Source: Candidatus Thorarchaeota archaeon (GTDB lineage Archaea; Asgardarchaeota; Thorarchaeia; Thorarchaeales; Thorarchaeaceae). From it: a stretch of DNA of 64,000 nt. This document shows positions 40,179 through 48,417 of this stretch, in pieces (the stretch's first letter is position 1; every line of letters begins with the position of its first letter). The stretch lies in NCBI GenBank assembly GCA_048884965.1, contig JBHLQH010000001.1, positions 1-64,000 of the forward strand, given 5' to 3'. The position numbers were made by a program, and so were the translations under genes. Below the pieces are notes generated by a model. The model was given only the letters and a program-made list of their open reading frames with translations, did not search any database and was not told where the DNA came from.

Positions 40179-40502
40179 GTGGAGATTGCAGCTTCGAAAT
40201 GTATGTATTGTGAGAATGTCATCATACCTCCAAGAAGCATTTGTCCCTATTGTGGCCCAGAATCGCAAGAATTGGTTGAGATATCTGTTGAGCCCACTGG
40301 CGAGGTTGTAAGCTATACTTCTCTTGAACGACCTCCGGAGGGATTTGACCCGCCTGTTGTGCTAGCACTAGTACAGACAAATTCTGGAGCAACAATTCTC
40401 TGCCTTGGATCGAAGGATGAGATCGAAGGCACAAAGATTGGAAGTCAAGTTTCTATAACGAAAGATTCCCAAGGACGCTTCCTCTACAAACTTGAGAAAT
40501 AG
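40179..40502 (+). CDS. DUF35 family zinc-ribbon/OB-fold acyl-CoA-binding protein
   Basis: CMYC...PPRSICPYC, GEVVSYT...PPEGF..PVVLALV. Confidence 0.88.
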   Translation: MEIAASKCMYCENVIIPPRSICPYCGPESQELVEISVEPTGEVVSYTSLERPPEGFDPPVVLALVQTNSGATILCLGSKDEIEGTKIGSQVSITKDSQGRFLYKLEK

Positions 40503-40505
40503 AAG

Positions 40506-40598
40506 GAACACCACGGGAAGGGGCAAGTCCGAAGAATGCCCCTTGTTTTCACACGAGTTTCGGGGACCGAAAAAGCCAAACTCGTAACCGTGATGTGT
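40506..40598 (-). ncRNA. Three-way-junction structured element (about 90 nt), candidate sRNA or regulatory RNA
   Basis: Minus strand: closing stem ACATCACGG/CCGTGGTGT, stem ACGAGTTT/AAACTCGT, stem AAGGGGCA/TGCCCCTT capped by c(UUCG)g; TTATATTA about 25 nt upstream; U-rich 3' end. Confidence 0.4.
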
Positions 40599-40684
40599 AA
40601 TAGTATTACATGGAAAGTAATATAATACTTACGTGTTCTACCATACCTGAAGTGTAGCGGATTTCGACGATTGGAAGTGTGTCT

Positions 40685-41035
40685 ATGTCTGAAAAAGAGG
40701 GAGAAGTGAACGAGCTCCAGATGAGTATTCGCGAGGAATTACTGGGCAGAGCCTCAGAAGAGAAATTCGGTCTCAAGAAACGCGAGATCTCTGTAATGAC
40801 AAGAATGAACGCAGAAATTGTGGAGATACTAGATGCCCTTGTTGAGTTAGAGATTTTCAAGAGCCGTTCTGAAGCAGTTGCTGCTCTGATTGAGAATGCA
40901 ATTCACTCAAAGAAGCGTCTCTTCGGCGAGATACGAAGCCAAGCAGTAGACATCCGAAAGAAACGAGAAGCTGCTAGGCACCTTGCTGTTCAGACTATTC
41001 AAATCATGAGAAAAGAAGCAGAGGAAGAAGAATAG
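40685..41035 (+). CDS. Ribbon-helix-helix (CopG/Arc/MetJ-like) DNA-binding protein
   Basis: SVMTRMNAEIVEILDALVELEIFKSRSEAVAALI. Confidence 0.75.
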   Translation: MSEKEGEVNELQMSIREELLGRASEEKFGLKKREISVMTRMNAEIVEILDALVELEIFKSRSEAVAALIENAIHSKKRLFGEIRSQAVDIRKKREAARHLAVQTIQIMRKEAEEEE

Positions 41036-41090
41036 GGTAGTTCGTTAGGAATTTAAGGGCCAGTTTTCTGTGGAACTTCAGGGTTTGACA

Positions 41091-42254
41091 ATGGTTGACT
41101 ATCTTAGCAATGTTCTATGGACTGAAGAAGAGATTGAGTTCAGAAAGAAGGTCCGCGAATTCTGTGACAAGGAAATCTATCCGATTGCGGATGAGATTGA
41201 CAAAGGACCCTATCCACGTGAGCTGATCAGGAAAATTGGTCAAGCTGGTTTCATGGGTGTACACCATGACAAAGAGTCAGGTGGAACTGCAAAGGGTCTC
41301 TCCTTCGAAATAATCGTGGCTGAGGAGATATCTGCTGCCAATGGTGGTCTGGATATGGCTAGAATGGCATCAACCACGCTCTACGGAATGCCTCTCAAGG
41401 TCTTTGGCACACCTGAGCAGAAGAAGAAGTATCTTGAGCCTGTGGTCAGAGGTGATAAGATCGGATGCATCGGTATCACAGAGCCTGAAGTTGGTTCAGA
41501 TACTGCAGGAATGAAGACACGCGCCGAGAAGGATGGCGATGAATGGGTCCTCAATGGTGAGAAACGATTCATTACCAATGGCAGTCAAGCAGACTATATG
41601 TGTGCATTCGCTATTACAGATCCATCCGTAAAGTCCAAGGATGGAATGTCTGCCTTCATTGTACCTACAGACACAAAAGGATTCAGTGTCGTACAAGACC
41701 ATGACTTGCTGGGCATGAAATCAGCAAGGGTATCTTGGTTGAAACTTGAGGATGTACGACTTGGTTCTGAGATGTTGCTTGGTAAGGAAGGACAGGGTTT
41801 CCACATACTTATGGACGAGTTGGACAGCGAGCGAACTGCAATAGCAGCCGAAGCTATCGGATATGGTAGAACCCCCTATGAGGTTGCAGTGAAGTACTCG
41901 AATGAACGAAAGCAATTTGGCCGAGAGATTAGACAATTCGAAGGTGTTAGCTTCAAGATAGCAGACATGGCGATGCGACTTGAGGCAGGACGTGCCTTGA
42001 CCTTGACTGCGGCACGAATGTACGACAAGGGAATGAAAATCACAAAGCAGGCGTCTATCGCCAAGTTGTACACAACTGAAGCAGCGATAGCGATCGCGAA
42101 CGATGCATTGCAGATTCTTGGAGGGATGGGTTACACTACTGATTATCCTGTCGAGAGATTCTTGCGTGATGCTCGGCTTATGACCATCGGTGGCGGAACT
42201 GCTGAGATCCTCAGATTCCTTATCCAACGTGAAGTCTACAAAGAGATGCTATAA
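41091..42254 (+). CDS. Acyl-CoA dehydrogenase
   Basis: GITEPEVGSD, LNGEKRFITNG, RKQFG, ALQILGGMGY, ERFLRDAR..TIGGGTAEI. Confidence 0.95.
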   Translation: MVDYLSNVLWTEEEIEFRKKVREFCDKEIYPIADEIDKGPYPRELIRKIGQAGFMGVHHDKESGGTAKGLSFEIIVAEEISAANGGLDMARMASTTLYGMPLKVFGTPEQKKKYLEPVVRGDKIGCIGITEPEVGSDTAGMKTRAEKDGDEWVLNGEKRFITNGSQADYMCAFAITDPSVKSKDGMSAFIVPTDTKGFSVVQDHDLLGMKSARVSWLKLEDVRLGSEMLLGKEGQGFHILMDELDSERTAIAAEAIGYGRTPYEVAVKYSNERKQFGREIRQFEGVSFKIADMAMRLEAGRALTLTAARMYDKGMKITKQASIAKLYTTEAAIAIANDALQILGGMGYTTDYPVERFLRDARLMTIGGGTAEILRFLIQREVYKEML

Positions 42255-42258
42255 AATC

Positions 42259-42325
42259 AATGGGGGCTGTAAACCCCCATTCTTTCATTCTAAAAGAAAA
42301 AGTGAGAGTTGGGTTATCCCAACTC
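42259..42325. terminator. Paired hairpin terminators between convergent genes
   Basis: AATGGGGG-ctgtaaa-CCCCCATT (42259-42281) followed by CTTT; GAGTTGGG-ttat-CCCAACTC (42306-42325) followed by a T-run on the minus strand. Confidence 0.6.
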
Positions 42326-44102
42326 AAATTTTCACAATTGCTATGATTCTGAATTCATCACCAATCATTTCAAGGGTTGCTGTGAATTCATCACCAATCT
42401 GCAAATTGAGCAATGTGTACCAATCTGTAAGATTCATCCATGCCTTAGCACCGACGATGTACTCGTATGTTGAGTTATCGGTACCGAGGACAATATGGGT
42501 GTCTCCATTGTCGACGTAGGAAGTGATACCCGTTACATTTGCGCTAAGAATGAAGTTATCAGTTGGCTCCACAATTACCTCACCGCCGACTTCGCCGATG
42601 TAGCCCTCTCTCACAGTCTTGACCAGATTCGCTCCTGTCAATGGTCCTGATCGCTCAAGTGTATATGAGATGGTAACATCTGCGGCGTCAGCCATAGCAA
42701 ATGCATGAAGACGAATATCTGATATGTAGAATTCCTCACTATCAGAATCATAGTATCCATCGTACCAATAGATTGGGCAATACCATGCGAATCTGTATGT
42801 TGTAGCATCGACCTGTACTGGGTAGAGGAGGGGCATTGCGCCAAAGTAGCTGCCTGATACAGGATCTGGAAATTGCTTGATCACTTCATTTATGGCTGCA
42901 TCACCACTCGAGAAGCCCGCGGCACTAAGATCATGATAGAATATTCCATCATTCGTTCCTCTGATAAAACCGCTAAGAGCAAGGTTGGAAGCACCAGGAG
43001 GATTAATGGCTATCAGTGCCTCAACACGATCTGTGTCTGGATTGATGATATATCGAGTATCCTCAGTCATCTCAAGACGATCATTCGAAGGTGGGATTAC
43101 CCAGAGGAAGCCGCCTGCAAAGAGGTCGAATCCTTCTCCACGACGATATCCTCCCCAACGCATGATATCTCGTTCAAGCCACTCTTCACTATACACTTGG
43201 GTTACCCAATTTGGCGTTGTATCTACTGTATCATATGTGACAATAGTACCATTCTGGCAGTATACTATTGGTCCCAAAGGTCTCTCGACGAAATCCCATC
43301 CTAACTGAGTTCGAGTCTGGATATACACGAGATTACCAAGTGGATCCCAAGTCGGGTATGCATACTCATAGGAATTGGTCATGTCATTGAGATAATTGCC
43401 AAACTGGATGTTCTTATCCCAGAAGAGGCCTTCTCCTACTGGTATCTGTACATCCGTGATTAACTCAATCAAAGAAGGATCATTTGCATCAACAACTATC
43501 AATGCCTTAACAAAGTTCTCGGAAAGCACGTTCGTCGAGACCACCACACATACCCATACCAACCTGTCATTCCGTGTAGTGATATGTGCATTTGCGATCT
43601 CAATATTCGAACCAATGGACGCGAACTGCTGCCTCGCTACAAATTGGGCATACTCTGATGTCACAAGTCTGACATGGTTGTCTTCGATTGGAGACTCAAA
43701 TAATGGATCTGAACTCTGAGAGATCATGTCATCGACATATTCAGCATTAGCGACATCAGCTGTCCAACCAATTATCCCTGAGAATATTGGCATGACTATG
43801 ATGATTATTAGCCCAAAGCAAATGAATGGAACTCGAGCTCCTTCCATAATATCTTCTATCTGGTTTGGTCTGAAGCCTCCGGAGAATAGCATCAGAAGTG
43901 CGAAGCTCATAATCAAACTGATTAATGCCCATGGGAGGACCATCATGCTAAGGACACATATTATCGCCCATGCGCCAGTTCCCCAGATCAATCTGAGAGG
44001 AAGCCACTTCAATAGGCGATTGAACCTAAGCATACCTGGTTCATATGGAACCGGGATTGCATGTACAATTAGTGAAATCAATAGAAACAGCATTACATTC
44101 AT
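42324..44102 (-). CDS. Hypothetical membrane protein, N-terminal TM helices plus large soluble domain
   Basis: 3-4 N-terminal hydrophobic helices followed by a ~470-aa beta-rich acidic domain. Confidence 0.7.
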   Translation of the reverse strand: MNVMLFLLISLIVHAIPVPYEPGMLRFNRLLKWLPLRLIWGTGAWAIICVLSMMVLPWALISLIMSFALLMLFSGGFRPNQIEDIMEGARVPFICFGLIIIIVMPIFSGIIGWTADVANAEYVDDMISQSSDPLFESPIEDNHVRLVTSEYAQFVARQQFASIGSNIEIANAHITTRNDRLVWVCVVVSTNVLSENFVKALIVVDANDPSLIELITDVQIPVGEGLFWDKNIQFGNYLNDMTNSYEYAYPTWDPLGNLVYIQTRTQLGWDFVERPLGPIVYCQNGTIVTYDTVDTTPNWVTQVYSEEWLERDIMRWGGYRRGEGFDLFAGGFLWVIPPSNDRLEMTEDTRYIINPDTDRVEALIAINPPGASNLALSGFIRGTNDGIFYHDLSAAGFSSGDAAINEVIKQFPDPVSGSYFGAMPLLYPVQVDATTYRFAWYCPIYWYDGYYDSDSEEFYISDIRLHAFAMADAADVTISYTLERSGPLTGANLVKTVREGYIGEVGGEVIVEPTDNFILSANVTGITSYVDNGDTHIVLGTDNSTYEYIVGAKAWMNLTDWYTLLNLQIGDEFTATLEMIGDEFRIIAIVKI

Positions 44103-44163
44103 GTAGAAACCTCATCGCTGCTAAGACTTATTCTAGCAGATGTAGGGAACCTATTAGCATTTT

Positions 44164-44670
44164 CTACATTGATTTCTGTGCCTTATACCAAGGTACGGCA
44201 CCACCTGCTCGAAGGATTTCCAGCATCTTAACAGGAATCCTTCCCCCAGAAAGGGTGTCCCCTGTAGCGAGATTAATGACAGTACCGCTCTGAAGATCGA
44301 CTCGTATCCTATCACCATCATTCAAGTGTTTGGTCACATCCTTGACCACAAGTGCAGGGATTCCAATATTGAATGCGTTACGATAGAAAATCCTTGCAAA
44401 TGATTCCGCGATGACACACCGAATGCCTACTGTCTGCAGTACCATTGGTGCCTCTTCTCGGGAGGAGCCACTGCCAAAATTTCTCCCTCCCACAATCACA
44501 TCTCCTTCTTCCACATTATTCACAAAATCAGGTCTAATGACCTCGAACGTATGTTTCGCCATTTCCTCGTAATCTAGGAGTTGCAGGTATCTGCCTTGGA
44601 TTATTTGGTCTGTGTTTATATCGTCTCCAAAGAGAATAGCCTTTCCTTCAATGTTATCCGAGAATGACAT
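44164..44670 (-). CDS. leuD: 3-isopropylmalate dehydratase / homoaconitase small subunit
   Basis: DDINTDQII, NFGSGSSRE, ESFARIFYRNAFNIG. Confidence 0.88.
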   Translation of the reverse strand: MSFSDNIEGKAILFGDDINTDQIIQGRYLQLLDYEEMAKHTFEVIRPDFVNNVEEGDVIVGGRNFGSGSSREEAPMVLQTVGIRCVIAESFARIFYRNAFNIGIPALVVKDVTKHLNDGDRIRVDLQSGTVINLATGDTLSGGRIPVKMLEILRAGGAVPWYKAQKSM

Positions 44671-44675
44671 GATTC

Positions 44676-45941
44676 CTACACCTCCCTGGGGTCAGTGATT
44701 CTTCCGGTGATTGCACTTGCAGCAACTGTCGCTGGTGACGCAAGATACACAATTGAAGTAGGATCACCCATCCTTCCTTGGAAGTTTCTATTTGTGCTAG
44801 AGATGCACACCTCGTTAGGTCCAAGCACTCCTAGGTGCCCACCAATACATGCACCACATGTACTATTGGTAACGATCGCTCCTGATTCCAGTAGTATCTC
44901 AATAATGCCGTCCTTAAGGGCTGCTATGTAAGTCGCTCTACTTGCGGGTGTAATGATAAGTCGTGTATCTTGATGAACTTGGTTTCCTCTCAATATCTGA
45001 GCTGCAATCGATAGGTCTTCGAGTCTCCCATTTGTACAGGAACCGATGAATGCCTGATCTATCTCAATATCTCCTATCTCCGGGATTGGTCTACTGTTCG
45101 CCGGACTATGTGGTTTAGCTACCATTGGTTCTAATGAATTCTTATTCACTTCATATGATAGAGATTCGATATATTCAGCTCCTACATCTGGCATTGTGGC
45201 CTTCCATCTCTTCTCGGGTGCGTACCGCTTAATCCATTCCTCAACATGCCTATTGACTGGCATAATGCCACATTTGGCTCCAGATTCTACCGTCATGTTG
45301 CACATCGTCATCCTGGATCCGACCGATAAGTTGTCTATCAAAGATCCAAAGAATTCCATAGATTGATAGTTTGCTCCATCTGTACCTAGGTCGGTCACAA
45401 TCTTCAGCATGAGGTCCTTGCTCATAACCCTCTTTGGAAGCTCTCCATTGATATCGATTCTTAGCGCTTCTGGAACCCTTAGCCATATCTTCCCCGTTGC
45501 CAGTATCATTGCGCTATCTGTCGCAGCAAGACCTGCTGAGAATGCATTAAAGGCACCATAGGTGGTTGAATGGGAGTCACTACCAATGATTAGCATCCCC
45601 GGCAACGCAAGACCTTCCTCTGCTAGAACCTGATGACAGATTCCACACTCGACATCACAGAAGTGCTTGATTCCTTGCTCTTTAACGAATTGTCTATTTC
45701 TGATGTGAATCTGAGCACTCTCAGTATCTGGGGGCGGTGCCCAATGATCGTTCACGACTAGGACTCTCTCAGGATCCCATACCTTATCGAATGCCATCTC
45801 CTCTAGGATCGGAATGATTCTAGATCCTAGGACCTCATGGACCATGATGAGGTCGACTGATGCATCTACAATATCTCCCGCACATGCCCTACCATCTTCT
45901 GTGTGTGAAGCAATGATCTTTTCAGCTAGAGTTTGTGGCAT
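44676..45941 (-). CDS. leuC: 3-isopropylmalate dehydratase / homoaconitase large subunit
   Basis: DH, GICHQV, DSHSTTYG, IGSCTNGR, CGACIG, TNRNFQGR, LASPA. Confidence 0.88.
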   Translation of the reverse strand: MPQTLAEKIIASHTEDGRACAGDIVDASVDLIMVHEVLGSRIIPILEEMAFDKVWDPERVLVVNDHWAPPPDTESAQIHIRNRQFVKEQGIKHFCDVECGICHQVLAEEGLALPGMLIIGSDSHSTTYGAFNAFSAGLAATDSAMILATGKIWLRVPEALRIDINGELPKRVMSKDLMLKIVTDLGTDGANYQSMEFFGSLIDNLSVGSRMTMCNMTVESGAKCGIMPVNRHVEEWIKRYAPEKRWKATMPDVGAEYIESLSYEVNKNSLEPMVAKPHSPANSRPIPEIGDIEIDQAFIGSCTNGRLEDLSIAAQILRGNQVHQDTRLIITPASRATYIAALKDGIIEILLESGAIVTNSTCGACIGGHLGVLGPNEVCISSTNRNFQGRMGDPTSIVYLASPATVAASAITGRITDPREV

Positions 45942-45947
45942 TACCTA

Positions 45948-47111
45948 TCATCCTCTTGATCTCTCTTCAATTATTCTGATGATATCATTAGTGACATCTA
46001 AGGTTGAAGCAGGAGTGACATTACTCCATCTATCCGTACAGATGTCATAGGTTCTCACTTTTCCTTCTCTGAGAACGGAGGCAACAGCAACATCTATGAT
46101 TCGAGAAGCTTGAAGCATGCTTTGATCATTATATTGTGAACCCAACCATTCCAACATCATCATACATGAAAGGATGGCTGCTATTGGATTTGATATCATC
46201 TTTCCATAGTGCTTTGGTGCTGAACCGTGAACAGGTTCGAACACAGCCTTGTCGTAGCCAATACTTCCCGCTGGGGCCATTCCCAATCCTCCCTGAATGG
46301 CAGCACCTAGGTCTGTGATGATATCCCCAAATGCATTTGGTGCCACTACGACATTGTAGAACTCTGGCTTGCGAATTAGCCATTGCGTGAAGGCATCAAT
46401 ATAGGCATAGTCCCTGGTGATTTCTGGATAGCCTTCCCCCACTTCGTTGAAGCATCTTCTAAAGAGCTGACATCCTGCAAGTAGATTACTCTTATCTACA
46501 CAAGTCACTCGCTTTACGGAATCTACTGGAGCTCCAGTGCTCTTCATAGCTAGGTCGAATGCATACTTACTCACACGTATGCTCGCCTTTCTTGATATCA
46601 CTCGTTTGTCTATTACGACCTCTGCATCCTCAAATCTTGAAGGAGCTTCTTGAGGAGCATAGAGCCCTTCGGTGTTCTCTCTGACCATTATCATATTTAC
46701 ATGACGATGATCTTTTCCCGCAAGAGGTGTTGGTACGCCTTCATAGAGCTTGACTGGTCTGACGTTCGCAAATAGCTCAAGTTCTATCCTGAGACCTATC
46801 ACAACACTGTATCCTGCAAGATGTCCATCAGGTCTACGCACTGAGTTTCCTTCTGGTGTTGTAGCTCCCACTGCACCTAGCAAAATGGCATCTGCTTCAT
46901 TCTTTGTGAAGTCCTCTGCTTCTTGAGACCACTCTCGTTTATTCCTAAGGAAATATTCTCCTCCACACTCAAACTCGTGAACTTCAAGTTGAATACCTGG
47001 AACTTCATTCTCCAAAGTCTTGAGGACTCTCAATGCTTCCGGTATTACTTCCCGTCCAATCCCGTCCCCTGGAAGAGCTGCAATCTTGTATGATCTTGGC
47101 AAAAGAATCAC
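45948..47111 (-). CDS. leuB: Isopropylmalate/homoisocitrate/tartrate family beta-decarboxylating dehydrogenase
   Basis: PGDGIGREV, FANVRP, VRENTEGLY, VDKSN, NAFGDIITD, FEPVHGSAP; true start may be TTG 47102. Confidence 0.8.
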   Translation of the reverse strand: MILLPRSYKIAALPGDGIGREVIPEALRVLKTLENEVPGIQLEVHEFECGGEYFLRNKREWSQEAEDFTKNEADAILLGAVGATTPEGNSVRRPDGHLAGYSVVIGLRIELELFANVRPVKLYEGVPTPLAGKDHRHVNMIMVRENTEGLYAPQEAPSRFEDAEVVIDKRVISRKASIRVSKYAFDLAMKSTGAPVDSVKRVTCVDKSNLLAGCQLFRRCFNEVGEGYPEITRDYAYIDAFTQWLIRKPEFYNVVVAPNAFGDIITDLGAAIQGGLGMAPAGSIGYDKAVFEPVHGSAPKHYGKMISNPIAAILSCMMMLEWLGSQYNDQSMLQASRIIDVAVASVLREGKVRTYDICTDRWSNVTPASTLDVTNDIIRIIEERSRG

Positions 47112-47471
47112 CTAGTAGCTGCCGAGCCATCCTAAATTCTTCCCTTTGTCATCGAATAGACTGACCATTGTATCCATTCTCTCTCCATCATGATACCTAA
47201 TTCGACAACTGATGGTGAAATCCTTCCTACATTTCTCGCATTTGACTTTCCAATTCTCTGTCACTTCTTCTGTTCCATTCCTGGTAATCTCTGCTGGATT
47301 TGACGATACATCTAGAAGTGTTAACTCATTTCCATCACAGTCATATGTGCACTCCTTGAGGGGGATACTTTCCATTCCCCTTCTTCCCAAAGCTACAAAC
47401 ACAGTATTTGGTAGCTCGTCAAGTGTTCTATCTTCAATCAAAGATTTCACCAGCTGATACTCAATCACCAT
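47112..47471 (-). CDS. Hypothetical Cys-containing protein heading the leuBCD-like operon
   Basis: CTYDC...CEKC; its stop directly abuts the dehydrogenase ORF. Confidence 0.7.
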   Translation of the reverse strand: MVIEYQLVKSLIEDRTLDELPNTVFVALGRRGMESIPLKECTYDCDGNELTLLDVSSNPAEITRNGTEEVTENWKVKCEKCRKDFTISCRIRYHDGERMDTMVSLFDDKGKNLGWLGSY

Positions 47472-47505
47472 TACGGATAAATGAACCTGTCTACAATGGT
47501 ATACT

Positions 47506-48411
47506 ATGCGATTGGTTACGTATTCCAGGTTAGGAGTTCCTTCAATCGGAGTCGAGCTTGAGGAAGGTATCTTGGATATTCCTGAGGCCGCTTCACGTTT
47601 CGGTCGTATGCATCATGTGCATGGGAAGCTATTTCCAAGCACCATGATGGATCTACTCCAATGGCCTGCAGGGGTCGAAGTCGTTCAGCAGATTCTGGAT
47701 ACATATAATGAATCTGAGCCAGAAGAGAAACCTCTTCTTTACAGACTTTCATCTGTAAGGCTTCTCGCACCAATTGAACGTCCTGGCAAGATTGTAGCCT
47801 TAGGTTTGAACTATAAGGATCACATCGAGGAAACTGAACGGGAGATTCCCAAGGTTCCTGTCATGTTCGCAAAATTTCCGAGCTCAGTCATTGGACCTGA
47901 TGATGAGATTATTATCCCATTAGTAAGTAAGAAGATCGATTGGGAGGTCGAGCTTGGAATAGTAATAGGTCGCAATTGTAAGGCTGTTTCCGAGGAAGAT
48001 GCTCTGGATTACATTGCTGGATACACTATTCTCAATGATGTGACTGCAAGAGACATACAGAAGCACGATGGGGGACAGTGGGTCAGAGGTAAATCAATAG
48101 ACACCTTTTGTCCCATGGGACCCTGCATTGTGACTGCTGATGAGCTTGGAGATGGCTCAGGACTAAGACTACAAACAAAGGTGAATGGAGTGATTAAGCA
48201 AGACTCTAGTACTTCAGAGCTGCTGTTCAATGTCCCTCAAATCATCGCCTATCTCTCACAATCATTCTCATTTGAACCAGGAGATGTCATTGCGACAGGA
48301 ACCCCCTCTGGTGTTGGTTTTGCACGAAATCCTCCGGAGTATCTAAAGCATGGCGATGTTGTGGAGCTTTCAATTGAGAAGATTGGGATTCTTCGTAACA
48401 CAGTTGTCTAG
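47506..48411 (+). CDS. Fumarylacetoacetate hydrolase family protein
   Basis: KIVALGLNY.DH, DWEVEL, NDVTARD, GKSIDTFCPMGP, GDVIATGTPSGVG. Confidence 0.93.
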   Translation: MRLVTYSRLGVPSIGVELEEGILDIPEAASRFGRMHHVHGKLFPSTMMDLLQWPAGVEVVQQILDTYNESEPEEKPLLYRLSSVRLLAPIERPGKIVALGLNYKDHIEETEREIPKVPVMFAKFPSSVIGPDDEIIIPLVSKKIDWEVELGIVIGRNCKAVSEEDALDYIAGYTILNDVTARDIQKHDGGQWVRGKSIDTFCPMGPCIVTADELGDGSGLRLQTKVNGVIKQDSSTSELLFNVPQIIAYLSQSFSFEPGDVIATGTPSGVGFARNPPEYLKHGDVVELSIEKIGILRNTVV

Positions 48412-48417
48412 GATTCT

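Noticed and set aside
47109-47114. Pyrrolysine readthrough of the in-frame TAG
   Set aside because: An in-frame junction has about a one-in-three chance; the dehydrogenase is complete on its own with an overlapping RBS; no pyl genes are in the window.
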